IMG/VR virus record: IMGVR_UViG_3300005265_000018
From: an uncultured virus (IMG/VR IMGVR_UViG_3300005265_000018)
Taxonomy: Duplodnaviria > Heunggongvirae > Uroviricota > Caudoviricetes
Strand: one strand, 5' to 3'
Length of the DNA: 64,000 nt
Under the pieces are notes generated by a model, which worked only from the letters and a program-made list of their open reading frames with translations, was not told where the DNA came from and ran no database searches. Both the position numbers and the translations under genes were made by a program. Positions 48,368 to 58,360 of the stretch are shown piece after piece. How positions within the stretch are numbered: the first letter of the stretch is position 1; every line of letters starts with the position of its first letter.

Positions 48368-49114
48368 ATGAAACGGATAATGGCAGGACCGCTAACTTTA
48401 ATGTTAGTAATGGTATTTTTTGCGGCTGGGTGTAATTTTTATAATGCATTTTCCAGCCAGAATTTGAAAAAGGCAATGAGAGGGGTGGTAATAATTAACA
48501 CTGTTGGACAAACAGACCAGGGAGTTAGGGAACGCAGGGCAATTGGATTTGGTATTGGTAATAATCAGATAATCGGATTAACTCACGCGGTTAGAATACC
48601 TTCTATAATAAAACGAAGAACTCCGTTTGGTTATGTGGCAATGCCCATTAAAGTATTGTCGCAGGGACATTTTATCAACAAACAGAAATTGGAATATGTT
48701 GGCGATAAAGATGATATAGTTTTATTAAGGGGTAAAATACAAGGGTTTCCTTTTCCGCTTGGCAATAGTTCTTTATTAAATCCTGGCGACAAGATATTTC
48801 TTGTTGGATTTCCTTATGCAAGGTTAATTTGCCTAAAGACGGGCGTAATATCGGCAATGCATTATTTTGATAGCGGGATATTTAGTAAGGATAATATTGT
48901 TATAAACGCAATGGTAAATCCAGGCGATAGCGGAGCTCCCGTTCTGGCTAACCAGAACGGATTGAAAATAATAGGCATACAAGCGGGCAAACTTGGCAAT
49001 GACGGCGTAGGAGTTATTTATCCGATTAACAGAGTAAAAAAAATAATTATAGCCCTGGGAGGAAGCTATGAAAGCCAAGACAATCCTAATACGGAGATGT
49101 ATCAAGTGCAATAA
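48368..49114 (+). CDS. Trypsin-like serine protease with a lipoprotein-type signal
   Basis: FAAGC lipobox-like motif; THAV, DIVLL, NPGDSGAP. Confidence 0.8.
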   Translation: MKRIMAGPLTLMLVMVFFAAGCNFYNAFSSQNLKKAMRGVVIINTVGQTDQGVRERRAIGFGIGNNQIIGLTHAVRIPSIIKRRTPFGYVAMPIKVLSQGHFINKQKLEYVGDKDDIVLLRGKIQGFPFPLGNSSLLNPGDKIFLVGFPYARLICLKTGVISAMHYFDSGIFSKDNIVINAMVNPGDSGAPVLANQNGLKIIGIQAGKLGNDGVGVIYPINRVKKIIIALGGSYESQDNPNTEMYQVQ

Positions 49115-49584
49115 GATATTTAGTTGCACCAAGGAGTGGCGGAAGGACAAAAACCGAAAGCGGAAAACTTATGAATGTGGAATATGTCCCGAATATCAGG
49201 ATGACTGTTATATTAAAAGGGCGGAACGGCTACAGAGATTGATTGGAAAACCCTTGCCAAAAAATATGGCAAAAAAAATCAGCGGAGGTATTTGTCCTTC
49301 CTGTTGGCAAAAACGCCAGCGAAGTAAAAGGAGATGAGTTTTGCTCAACTCATCTCCTTCTTTTTAAAAATTAATAGTTTTAATATGATAATAAAGAAAC
49401 CTAAAAATAAAAAAGAACTTTTAACTCTACGCACAATTTTAAAGAAAATTAATATTTGGGAGGGTAGAAAATTAAAGTGGACAAATGCTGACGAATTAAG
49501 ATGGCGAGAGTTTGTTGGTAATATGGCAGAAATAGAAATTGAAAGTGCTTGTGATAAATAATGATTAATTTTTAAACAACATGG

Positions 49585-50255
49585 ATGAAATTAAACGTCA
49601 AAAGACTTCGGGTTAAGAAGGGAAAAAAATATACTGAAGTTTTATTTTTTGGTGATTGGCATTATGGTCATCCCACTGCGGTATCAGATAAGGCAATTGC
49701 CAATTTAAAATATTGTCTAGATAATGATGTTTATGTAATAACAATGGGTGATCTAGTAGAATGTTCTATAAAGTCAAGTATTGGCAATGTTTATGAACAA
49801 TTGCATGATCCACAGAATCAAATGGATTATATTAGGGAAATTTTAAGACCATTAGCTGAAAGAGGTTTAATTCTTAATATGTACAATGGCAATCATGAAT
49901 ATCGGATAGAAAAAGAAACATCTTTAAAAATTACTCAAAATATAGCAAGGGAATTAAAAGTGCCTTATGGGGGATATGCTGGCTGGAATTTGTTAAGAGT
50001 GGGAAACCAAAATTATAAAGTTTATGGTACTCACGGCTCTAGCGGTTCCAAGCATCCTCACACCAAACTAAAAGCAGCTATAGATGTTTCTTTGCAAATG
50101 GAAGCGGAACACGTAAACGTTATGTAGTTATAACAGGGCACTATTTATCTTATGAGGGCAGTTATGCAGAAATGAAAGGTTATCCGCCATCTAAAATCGG
50201 ATCACCAAAGGTAAAATTTTTTAGTGATAAATATGATATACATGTAAGTATATAA
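49585..50255 (+). pseudogene. Second metallophosphoesterase with an internal deletion and frameshift near 50110
   Basis: GDWH, GD, GNHE and HG intact; the C-terminus (RKRYVVITGHYLSYEGSYAEMKGYPPSKIGSP...DIHVSI) continues in another frame; the ~30 aa holding GHxH are missing. Confidence 0.8.
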
Positions 50256-50258
50256 AAT

Positions 50259-50786
50259 ATGGGAAACATTATTGGGTTTGTCGGCAAAATGCGGGTGGGC
50301 AAAACCACAGCAGCCGAATATTTAATTAAACAAGGATATAAATCTATTAATTTTAAAGATTCATTAATAGAGGAGATTGTGGAAAGATTTCCCGAATTGT
50401 TAAAATTAGTCGCTAAAGAAAATAATTGCAGTGTTAATGAATTGTTTAAAATAAAACCACCTATTATCAGGTGTTTATTGCAAAATTTTGGCACTGATGT
50501 CAGGAGAAAGGATTATGAAGATTATTGGGTTAATAAATGGCTCAACAAAGCGGTAAGAATAAAAAATATAGTTATAGATGATGTTCGTTTTTTAAATGAA
50601 GCTCATGCTGTTAGGCTTTATAATGGAATTATAATTAAAATTGAACGGGGAGGATATATGGGTGATGGTCATAAATCAGAGACTGAAATGGATAAAATTA
50701 GGGCTGATTATGTGATAAAAAACGATAGTAGTAAACAAGATTTAATTAATAAAATAAAAAATCTACCGATATTTAACAAATACTAA
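50259..50786 (+). CDS. Deoxynucleoside monophosphate kinase
   Basis: GKMRVGKTT P-loop, LLQNFGTDVRR, IDDVRFLNE, HKSE. Confidence 0.9.
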   Translation: MGNIIGFVGKMRVGKTTAAEYLIKQGYKSINFKDSLIEEIVERFPELLKLVAKENNCSVNELFKIKPPIIRCLLQNFGTDVRRKDYEDYWVNKWLNKAVRIKNIVIDDVRFLNEAHAVRLYNGIIIKIERGGYMGDGHKSETEMDKIRADYVIKNDSSKQDLINKIKNLPIFNKY

Positions 50787-50795
50787 AACATAATT

Positions 50796-51887
50796 ATGCA
50801 ATTAACCTATGAAGCAAAATTATATCCTAACAAAAAACAGGAACAAATTTTATTTGATATATTTTATAATGCCCGCAAACTTTATAATGAAATGCTTGAA
50901 ATTAAAATAAATGCTTATAAAAAAGAAAATAAAATTATTTCAAGATTTGATTTACAAAAACAATTTAAGACAAAATATAAAACACTCCCCGCTTCTTGCA
51001 AACAAATGATGGCATATCGTGTGAATGTGGCTTATAATAAATTTTTTAACAAATTGGGAAAATTTCCCCGTTTTAAATCAGCCAATAGATTTAGAAGTAT
51101 AGAATTACGGCAGTATCAAATTGATTATCAAATAAAAGATAAAAAATTAAAACTTTGGAAACAAATTGGCAGTATTAAAATGAAAGGATTTAGAAAAACG
51201 GATAATTATAAAATGGGCAGAATAGTAAAACGAGCAAGCGGTTGGTATTTTCAATATGTAACAGAAATAAAAGAAAAAAAACCTATCAAAAAAATTAAAA
51301 CTGCTATTGGAATTGATGTCGGATTAAAATCTTTTCTTGTTGATAGCGAAAATAATCAAGTTAAACCGCCAAAGTATTTTAGAAAATCGCAATATAAACT
51401 ACGATTACAGCAACGGAAGTCTAGTAAAGCGATTAAATATAGTAATCGTAAAAAAAAGAAAATAAAACTTTTAGCCAAAACATATGAGCATATAGCGAAT
51501 CAGAGAAGAAATTTTTTACATAAATTGTCCAAAAAGTATGTTGATAAATATGACATAATAGTAGTTGAAAAATTAAATATATTAGGAATGTTAAAAAATC
51601 ATCATCTTGCGAAATCTATTTCAGATGCAAGTTGGAATATATTTACAAATATGTTGTCTTACAAGCTGAAACTGCTTGAGAAACATCTTATACAAGTCCC
51701 CCCACATTACACCTCACAAAGGTGTAATCAATGCGGGAAAATAGTGCCAAAATCCCTATCTGCTAGAACCCACATTTGTCCTGAATGTGGATTTATAGCA
51801 AATCGTGATTATAATGCGGCACTGAATATTTTATCAATCGGTCAGGAATTGACCATCGGCGAGAATAGGACAAAGTCCGTTTTATGA
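50796..51887 (+). CDS. tnpB: TnpB RNA-guided nuclease (IS200/IS605 family)
   Basis: GIDVG, VVEKL, TSQRCNQCG, CPECG, RDYNAALNI; RuvC D-E-D intact. Confidence 0.95.
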   Translation: MQLTYEAKLYPNKKQEQILFDIFYNARKLYNEMLEIKINAYKKENKIISRFDLQKQFKTKYKTLPASCKQMMAYRVNVAYNKFFNKLGKFPRFKSANRFRSIELRQYQIDYQIKDKKLKLWKQIGSIKMKGFRKTDNYKMGRIVKRASGWYFQYVTEIKEKKPIKKIKTAIGIDVGLKSFLVDSENNQVKPPKYFRKSQYKLRLQQRKSSKAIKYSNRKKKKIKLLAKTYEHIANQRRNFLHKLSKKYVDKYDIIVVEKLNILGMLKNHHLAKSISDASWNIFTNMLSYKLKLLEKHLIQVPPHYTSQRCNQCGKIVPKSLSARTHICPECGFIANRDYNAALNILSIGQELTIGENRTKSVL

Positions 51888-51923
51888 CCCGAGAAGCCAC
51901 TGATTTAGTCGGTGGTAGTTCAC
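51835..51923 (+). ncRNA. TnpB right end / omega-RNA scaffold (5' boundary approximate)
   Basis: GAAGCCACTGATTTAGTCGGTGGTAGTTCAC hairpin ending in TCAC. Confidence 0.7.
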
Positions 51924-51963
51924 TAAAGTTAAAGAGATAATTAATTAATTAAAAAAAAATTTT

Positions 51964-52156
51964 ATGACTGATGATAAAAAATCATTGGAGAACAATAAAA
52001 ATAGAGAGGAAAACAAAAAAGAGAGTACGCCACAACGAACCCGTTGTGAAGTGTACTCTCGCTGACTGTGTGGTAGGATTTTTAAGGCCAGTTTCCAGCT
52101 GGAACGATGCTAAACAAAGTGAATATGTGTCGAGGAAAACTTTTAAAGTAGAATAA
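51964..52156 (+). pseudogene. Stand-alone NrdD-type glycyl-radical domain disrupted by a 7-nt insertion
   Basis: ...QRTRCEVYSR [TGACTGT] VVGFLRPVSSWNDAKQSEYVSRKTF. Confidence 0.75.
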
Positions 52157-52220
52157 AAAAACTCAAAACATTATGAAGAAATAAATTATCATTAAATAGA
52201 TAATTTTTAAATGTAATTAT

Positions 52221-52270
52221 GAAGGTAAAATTCACCCCAATAAATGGGGAATTTTACCTTTTTTTATTTT
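52221..52270 (+). terminator. Intrinsic terminator
   Basis: AAGGTAAAATTC..CCCA/TGGG..GAATTTTACCTT followed by a T-run. Confidence 0.65.
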
Positions 52271-52400
52271 TAAAAATTATGATTGAACTGAAATACAAAA
52301 GAAATCTAAACTCAAAGCATTTTGATTTGCAGAATGGTAAATTTGTTATGGAAGCTCACGCAGGGCATATCCATTATGATAACAAATAAAGAATAATTAT

Positions 52401-55019
52401 ATGCCAAGTAAGGATTATATTGAAAATTTAAGAAAATCTGATAATTTTGAAACAAAAGGCGATTTATCAAAGACATATGTTGCGGCTGATAAAAACATAA
52501 AAATTACTAAAAAGGACAAGATTTTATTGGATATGAAATTATTAACCGCTTATACTGTAATGGTTCCCGCGGGGAAAGAAGTCAAGGTAGCTGAATTTTT
52601 ATTAAAAGATTGGAATGAAAGAAATACTATTTTTGATATTTTAAATTTTTATAACACCAAGAATGAATATAAAAAAGAAACCAAAAATTTTGTTTTAAAA
52701 TATGCCGATGAAACAAAAACAGCAAAAAGATATATAGAGGATGAGGAGGGTATGCCTACGGATAAATTTGTTTATGAAGAAATTACAGATTGGGATAAGG
52801 CTAAAAAATTTATCAATTTATCTGAATTGCCCTTTAAAAATATTCCTATTGGATTATATGTTGATACTACTTTTGGGGAAAAAATAGAATGGACAATGTC
52901 TGTTAATGAATTTTTGATTTATGAATGGGCAACTTATGATGTTACACAAATAGATACTGCCGCTTATGGGCATACTAAGGCAGGGTATGATACTGCCTTT
53001 TTATTGGATTCTACTCATATTGTTGTAGTCTATAGGGATAGTGATAGTGATGGAAGAATAAGTATTTTTTCCGTTGATGGAAGTTATAATATTACGGAAG
53101 TGACAGAAGATTATGAATATGATACTTCAATGGGAGACCAAAATTCTGCTTGTAAAATTGATGATACTCATTTTGTTGTAGCATATCGGGGTGGGAGTGG
53201 TGATGATACATTAATAAAAACTTTTTCTGTTGATGGAAGTTATAATATTACCCAAGAAGATAGTTATAATTTATGGAGTTATGGCTATGATTGTTCAATT
53301 GCTATGTTGGATTCTACTCATTTTGTTGTAGCGTGGAGAAGTTATTCTCCTGATAGTAGTAGTGTGGCTACATTCTCCATAGATGGTAATTATGATATAA
53401 CCAAAGAAGACAGTTTAAAACACGACACTAGTTATGGAGTTCATCATTCTTTGGTTATGATAGATTCTACCCATTTTGCTTTAGCTTATATGGGAGCCAG
53501 TTATTATGGATATTTAAAAACCTTTTCTGTTGATGGAAATTATGATATTACTCAAGAAGATAGCTATACCTTTGATACTAGTCGGGGATATTATAATTCT
53601 TTGGTTAAAATAGACTCCACTCATTTTATTCTTGCTTATACCGATATAGATAGTAAAGGTTATATAAAAACATTTTCCATAGATGGTAATTATGATATTA
53701 CTGAATTACACGAACTAGAGCACGAAAGTGCCAATGCTTCTCATTTTAGTTTGGTTAAAGTAAATGATACTACTTTTATGTTGGCATATCGGGGAGCAGA
53801 TTACGATGGCTATATTAAAGTTTTTACCATAAATGGAAGTTATGAAATTACTCAGGAAAGTGTTTTGGAACACGAAACTGATTATTATTTAGGACGTGTT
53901 CAGGCTTTATGCCAAATAGACACTACTCATTACTTTTTAGCGTATGTTGATGATAGTCTTAATAAAACGGGAAGAGCTAAAACATTTAGTATAGAATTGG
54001 CGGGAGGAACAACAACTTCAACCAGTAGTTCTACTTCTTCGTCTACATCTTCTAGTACTAGTTCCACATCATCTTCTACTTCTTCATCTACATCTTCCTC
54101 TACTAGTTCTTCCACCTCCTCTAGTACTAGTTCTACCTCCAGCTCTACCTCTAGTTCTACCTCCTCTAGCACTAGTTCCTCTACTTCTAGTACTAGCTCT
54201 TCTACTTCTTCTAGTACCTCCAGCTCTACCTCTAGTTCTACCTCCTCTAGCACTAGTTCCTCTACTTCTTCCAGCACTAGTAGTTCTACATCCAGTTCCA
54301 CATCGTCTTCTACTTCTTCCAGTACTTCGTCCTCTACCAGTTCCACTTCTTCTTCCACATCTTCCTCTACTTCCAGTTCAACTTCTTCTAGTACTTCTAG
54401 CTCCACCTCTTCTTCTACTTCCAGTTCAACTTCTTCCAGTACTTCTTCTTCCACCAGTAGTACTAGTTCTTCCACTTCTTCCAGTACTTCCAGTTCCACT
54501 TCTTCCAGTACTTCCAGTTCCACATCTTCCAGTACTTCTTCTTCAACCTCTTCCAGCACCTCCAGCTCTACCAGTTCTTCCACCTCTAGCACTACAACAC
54601 TTTTAGTTGGTGGTTTATATACAAGAGGTGATTATAATGCCCTACCTGGAGATGACACTGATTTAGAAACTGCATTTAATGGACATGATTATGATTATGT
54701 GGCAGCAGATGATGCCGATACAGTAGAGCAATGTGCCACGGAGGAACATTCTATTTTTCAATTTAAAAACCAAAATTCAAATAACACAGATAATATAACC
54801 CTTTATTGGAAGGGGCAAACAGATCTTGCCCCGATTTCATCAACTGTTTATTTGCAAATTTATAACAGAAATACAACTACTTGGGAGACTGTTGATTCTG
54901 ACAATACAACGGCGGCAGATACAGATTTCGTTTTGACTAATGTAATTTCAGTTGATGTTAGCGATTACTATGATGGAAGTAATTGGGTATCGGCTAGGGT
55001 TTATCAAGAGATGACATAA
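52401..55019 (+). CDS. Large putative virion protein: N-domain, 7-repeat beta-propeller, ~195-residue (SSTS)n tract, C-terminal beta domain
   Basis: Seven ~49-aa repeats containing IDSTHF...KTFSIDG.Y.IT. Confidence 0.75.
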   Translation: MPSKDYIENLRKSDNFETKGDLSKTYVAADKNIKITKKDKILLDMKLLTAYTVMVPAGKEVKVAEFLLKDWNERNTIFDILNFYNTKNEYKKETKNFVLKYADETKTAKRYIEDEEGMPTDKFVYEEITDWDKAKKFINLSELPFKNIPIGLYVDTTFGEKIEWTMSVNEFLIYEWATYDVTQIDTAAYGHTKAGYDTAFLLDSTHIVVVYRDSDSDGRISIFSVDGSYNITEVTEDYEYDTSMGDQNSACKIDDTHFVVAYRGGSGDDTLIKTFSVDGSYNITQEDSYNLWSYGYDCSIAMLDSTHFVVAWRSYSPDSSSVATFSIDGNYDITKEDSLKHDTSYGVHHSLVMIDSTHFALAYMGASYYGYLKTFSVDGNYDITQEDSYTFDTSRGYYNSLVKIDSTHFILAYTDIDSKGYIKTFSIDGNYDITELHELEHESANASHFSLVKVNDTTFMLAYRGADYDGYIKVFTINGSYEITQESVLEHETDYYLGRVQALCQIDTTHYFLAYVDDSLNKTGRAKTFSIELAGGTTTSTSSSTSSSTSSSTSSTSSSTSSSTSSSTSSSTSSSTSSTSSSTSSSTSSSTSSSTSSTSSSTSSSTSSSTSSSTSSSTSSSTSSSTSSSTSSSTSSSTSSSTSSSTSSTSSSTSSSTSSSTSSSTSSSTSSSTSSSTSSSTSSSTSSTSSSTSSSTSSSTSSSTSSSTSSSTSSSTSSSTSSSTSSSTSSTTTLLVGGLYTRGDYNALPGDDTDLETAFNGHDYDYVAADDADTVEQCATEEHSIFQFKNQNSNNTDNITLYWKGQTDLAPISSTVYLQIYNRNTTTWETVDSDNTTAADTDFVLTNVISVDVSDYYDGSNWVSARVYQEMT

Positions 55020-55023
55020 ATTT

Positions 55024-58000
55024 ATGCCAGTAAATATTCCGACAAATTTACCAGAAGAAATAACTGACAAATATCTAATAAAAGATAACACTTTTTTTAA
55101 TACCATAAATGATAATGATAGCGAAAGATTTATTTGTGAAGTTGGTGATAGTAAACAACCTGATAATTTTTTTCCACAAGTGAAACTTTTGAAATGGGTA
55201 GAAAAAGATGGAATTACGAATGAATGTAATGCTTCTTTCAGGTTAATTGATGGTGGTTCAGATACTCCTAAAGTTGAGACTGAAAAGAATAAAATTAAGT
55301 TCATTAAAAATAAATTAGAGGCACATTTTTATAATACTAAAATTGGTGAAAAAAAAGAAACAGATGCCTACGAATTTGAAGTTATTTTAAAGGAAAAACC
55401 TGCTACGAATAAAATTCAAATGAGTATTGAAACGAAAGGATTAAAATATTACTATCAACCGCCGATGACAGAGGAAAAACTGGAAGAAGGACAGACAGCG
55501 GACGAGACGCATATTTATGACAAAGACGGCAATGTAATAGCAGAAAGACCCGAAAATGTAGTCGGCTCTTATGCTGTTTATCACGAAAGCAAAGCGGGTG
55601 ATTATTCCAAAATGGGCGGTAAAAACTATATGGCTGGGAAAGCGTTTCATATTTACCGCCCGAAAATAATAGACAATGCTGAAAAAGAAGTTTGGGGAAA
55701 ACTAAATATAGATGAGAAAAACGGAATTCTAACAGTTGAAATCCCACAAGAATTTTTAGATAACGCTGTTTATCCTGTGATAGTTGACCCGACTTTTGGG
55801 TATTATAATAATGGAACGCCAGGAGAAAGTAGTTCCATAAATGATTGTAATGAATATGGCAGTAAATATCAAATATCTGAAAATGGGACTATTGATAGTA
55901 TTTCTGTTTATATTAAAACTGCGAGTGGTAATGCTAAAAATGCAATCTGGAAAGATTCTGATGAAAATTTAATTAGTAGTGCGTCTGTTGCAGCATCTGC
56001 GGATGCTTGGGCTACCGTAACTATAAGTGGAAATCCTGAATTAACAAGTGGACAAGATTATTGGTTAGGAAATACAGTTGATACAGATACAATGACAAGG
56101 GTTTACGATTCTGGTGATGTTGGACAAGGTTGGTATGCAAGAGAAGGTGTAAAAATCGGAGATACTTACGCTAATTCTCCAACAGATTCACGATGTCCGA
56201 AACCTGTTGATTGGGATAAAGATTGTGTATCAGTAGACAGAAAATACTCTATCTACTGCACCTATACAGCAGGGGGAACGACAACTTCATCTTCATCGTC
56301 TACAAGCTCTAGTACATCTAGTTCTACTTCTTCTAGCACTAGTAGTTCTACCTCCAGTTCAACATCTTCTTCTACTTCCAGTTCTACCTCTTCCAGTACT
56401 TCTTCTTCCACCAGTAGTACTAGTTCTTCCACTTCTAGCTCTACATCATCTTCTACTTCTTCTAGTACCTCGTCTTCTACTAGTTCCACTTCTTCTTCCA
56501 CTTCTTCTTCCACATCTTCCAGTACTAGCAGTTCTACTTCTTCTAGCACTAGTTCCACATCTTCCTCAACTTCCAGTTCCACTTCTTCCAGTATTTCCAG
56601 TTCTACGAGCTCATCCACTTCTTCCAGTACTAGTTCATCTACTAGTTCATCAACTTCCACCACAACATTACCCAGTTGTGGAGAAGGAGTTCCGTGGAGT
56701 GTCTACAAGGCATGTGTTTCTCATTGGAAAATGAATGATAATGCTGCCAATACCAATGTTGACGATAGTAAAGGGAGTAATAATGGAACATTTATAGATG
56801 TCGATGGCAATCCAAATACAAATACCCATCACGTTGCGGGCAAAGTAGGAACAGGGGCATTAGATTTTAGCGGTGGCTATGAAACGGGAAATTATCCTTA
56901 TATAGATTGTGGTAATGGTTCAGATCTTAATCTTACCACTGGTTTGTCGGTAGAATGTTGGATAAATCCAGATACTTCGCAGGAAGATGCTAATAATAGG
57001 GGAATAGCGGGAAAAGTTGAAAGCTATGATGCAAGTAGTAATTGGAGTTGGCAAATAAGATATGGTTCTCCCGATAGCAATCAGTTAGGATTTCAAGCAA
57101 ATGATGATGGCGGTGGTAGTGTGTGGGTAACGGCAAAACAGAACTTAAATAATGGGACGTGGTATCACATAGTTGTTACTTTTGATGGAACTAATTTAAA
57201 ATTTTATCTTAATAAAAATAATACAGATAGTGATGTATTAGTAGGGAACATAACAAGTAATTTGAATAAATTATTAATAGGAAATGAGGGTTGGAATAAT
57301 TGTTTTGATGGTCAAATTGATAATTTCAGAATATATAACAGAGCTTTAACCCAAGCGGAAATAAATGCACTATATAATAATGGTGATGGAATAGAAGATT
57401 TATCTGGTTGTTATATAAAAAATATAACTGGATGTTTAAAAACAAATCAATGGCAAGCAACATTTGCTCCAGCTTCAACCACATCTTCATCTTCCAGTAC
57501 TTCCAGTTCTACATCTAGTTCTACTTCTTCTAGTACTTCCAGTTCTACCTCCTCCAGCACTAGCTCTTCCACTTCTTCTACCTCTAGTTCTACCAGTTCT
57601 AGCACTAGTTCTACGTCTTCTAGCACTAGCTCTTCTACTTCTTCCAGTACTTCCAGTTCTACGTCCTCCAGCACTAGCTCTTCTACTTCCTCTAGTACTA
57701 GTTCTACTTCTAGCTCTACTTCTTCTTCTACTTCTTCCAGTACTTCTAGTTCCACCTCTTCTGGCACCAGTTCTTCAACCTCATCTAGCACCAGTTCCTC
57801 CACTTCTTCCAGCACTAGCTCTTCTACCAGTAGTTCTACTTCTTCCAGTACTTCCAGTTCTACCTCTTCCAGCACCAGTTCTTCCACTTCTTCTAGTACT
57901 AGTTCTTCCACCTCTTCTAGCACCAGTTCCTCCACTTCTTCCAGCACTAGCTCTTCTACCTCTTCCAGTACTTCCAGTTCCACATCCTCTAGTACCAGTT

Positions 58001-58335
58001 CATCCACCAGTTCTACTTCTAGCTCAACCTCATCTAGTACCAGTTCCTCTACCTCTTCCAGCACTAGCTCTTCTACCAGTAGTTCTACTTCTTCCAGTAC
58101 TTCCAGTTCTACCTCCTCCAGCACCAGTTCTTCCACTTCTTCCAGTACTTCTAGCTCTACCTCCTCCAGCACCAGCTCTTCTACGTCCAGCTCAACTAGT
58201 TCCTCTACTTCCAGTTCGACCTCTTCCAGTACTAGCAGCTCTACCTCAACCATACTCTTTACAGTAGAAGATTGGACACCAAAAGGTATTTCAGATGCCT
58301 TAGATGCTTATGGCGATTTAAGCGATGTTTTATAA
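55024..58335 (+). CDS. Large putative virion protein with a LamG/ConA domain between two (SSTS)n tracts
   Basis: HWKMND, SVECWINP, WYHIVVTFDG, FDGQIDNFRIYNRALT. Confidence 0.8.
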   Translation: MPVNIPTNLPEEITDKYLIKDNTFFNTINDNDSERFICEVGDSKQPDNFFPQVKLLKWVEKDGITNECNASFRLIDGGSDTPKVETEKNKIKFIKNKLEAHFYNTKIGEKKETDAYEFEVILKEKPATNKIQMSIETKGLKYYYQPPMTEEKLEEGQTADETHIYDKDGNVIAERPENVVGSYAVYHESKAGDYSKMGGKNYMAGKAFHIYRPKIIDNAEKEVWGKLNIDEKNGILTVEIPQEFLDNAVYPVIVDPTFGYYNNGTPGESSSINDCNEYGSKYQISENGTIDSISVYIKTASGNAKNAIWKDSDENLISSASVAASADAWATVTISGNPELTSGQDYWLGNTVDTDTMTRVYDSGDVGQGWYAREGVKIGDTYANSPTDSRCPKPVDWDKDCVSVDRKYSIYCTYTAGGTTTSSSSSTSSSTSSSTSSSTSSSTSSSTSSSTSSSTSSSTSSSTSSTSSSTSSSTSSSTSSSTSSSTSSTSSSTSSSTSSSTSSSTSSSTSSTSSSTSSSTSSSISSSTSSSTSSSTSSSTSSSTSTTTLPSCGEGVPWSVYKACVSHWKMNDNAANTNVDDSKGSNNGTFIDVDGNPNTNTHHVAGKVGTGALDFSGGYETGNYPYIDCGNGSDLNLTTGLSVECWINPDTSQEDANNRGIAGKVESYDASSNWSWQIRYGSPDSNQLGFQANDDGGGSVWVTAKQNLNNGTWYHIVVTFDGTNLKFYLNKNNTDSDVLVGNITSNLNKLLIGNEGWNNCFDGQIDNFRIYNRALTQAEINALYNNGDGIEDLSGCYIKNITGCLKTNQWQATFAPASTTSSSSSTSSSTSSSTSSSTSSSTSSSTSSSTSSTSSSTSSSTSSTSSSTSSSTSSSTSSSTSSSTSSSTSSSTSSTSSSTSSSTSSSTSSSTSSGTSSSTSSSTSSSTSSSTSSSTSSSTSSSTSSSTSSSTSSSTSSSTSSSTSSSTSSSTSSSTSSSTSSSTSSSTSSSTSSSTSSTSSSTSSSTSSSTSSSTSSSTSSSTSSSTSSSTSSSTSSSTSSSTSSSTSSSTSSSTSSSTSSSTSSSTSSSTSSSTSTILFTVEDWTPKGISDALDAYGDLSDVL

Positions 58336-58360
58336 ATATATTAAATAATTTTTCAAAAAT

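Noticed and set aside
4216..52156. Stop-codon reassignment as the explanation for broken genes
   Set aside because: Long genes are open in code 11 and end in TAA, TAG or TGA; the breaks are introns, frameshifts or a single TAA
51971..52156. Track ORF MIKNHW... as the real gene
   Set aside because: Its N-terminal half is the wrong frame; the true N-terminus starts at 51964
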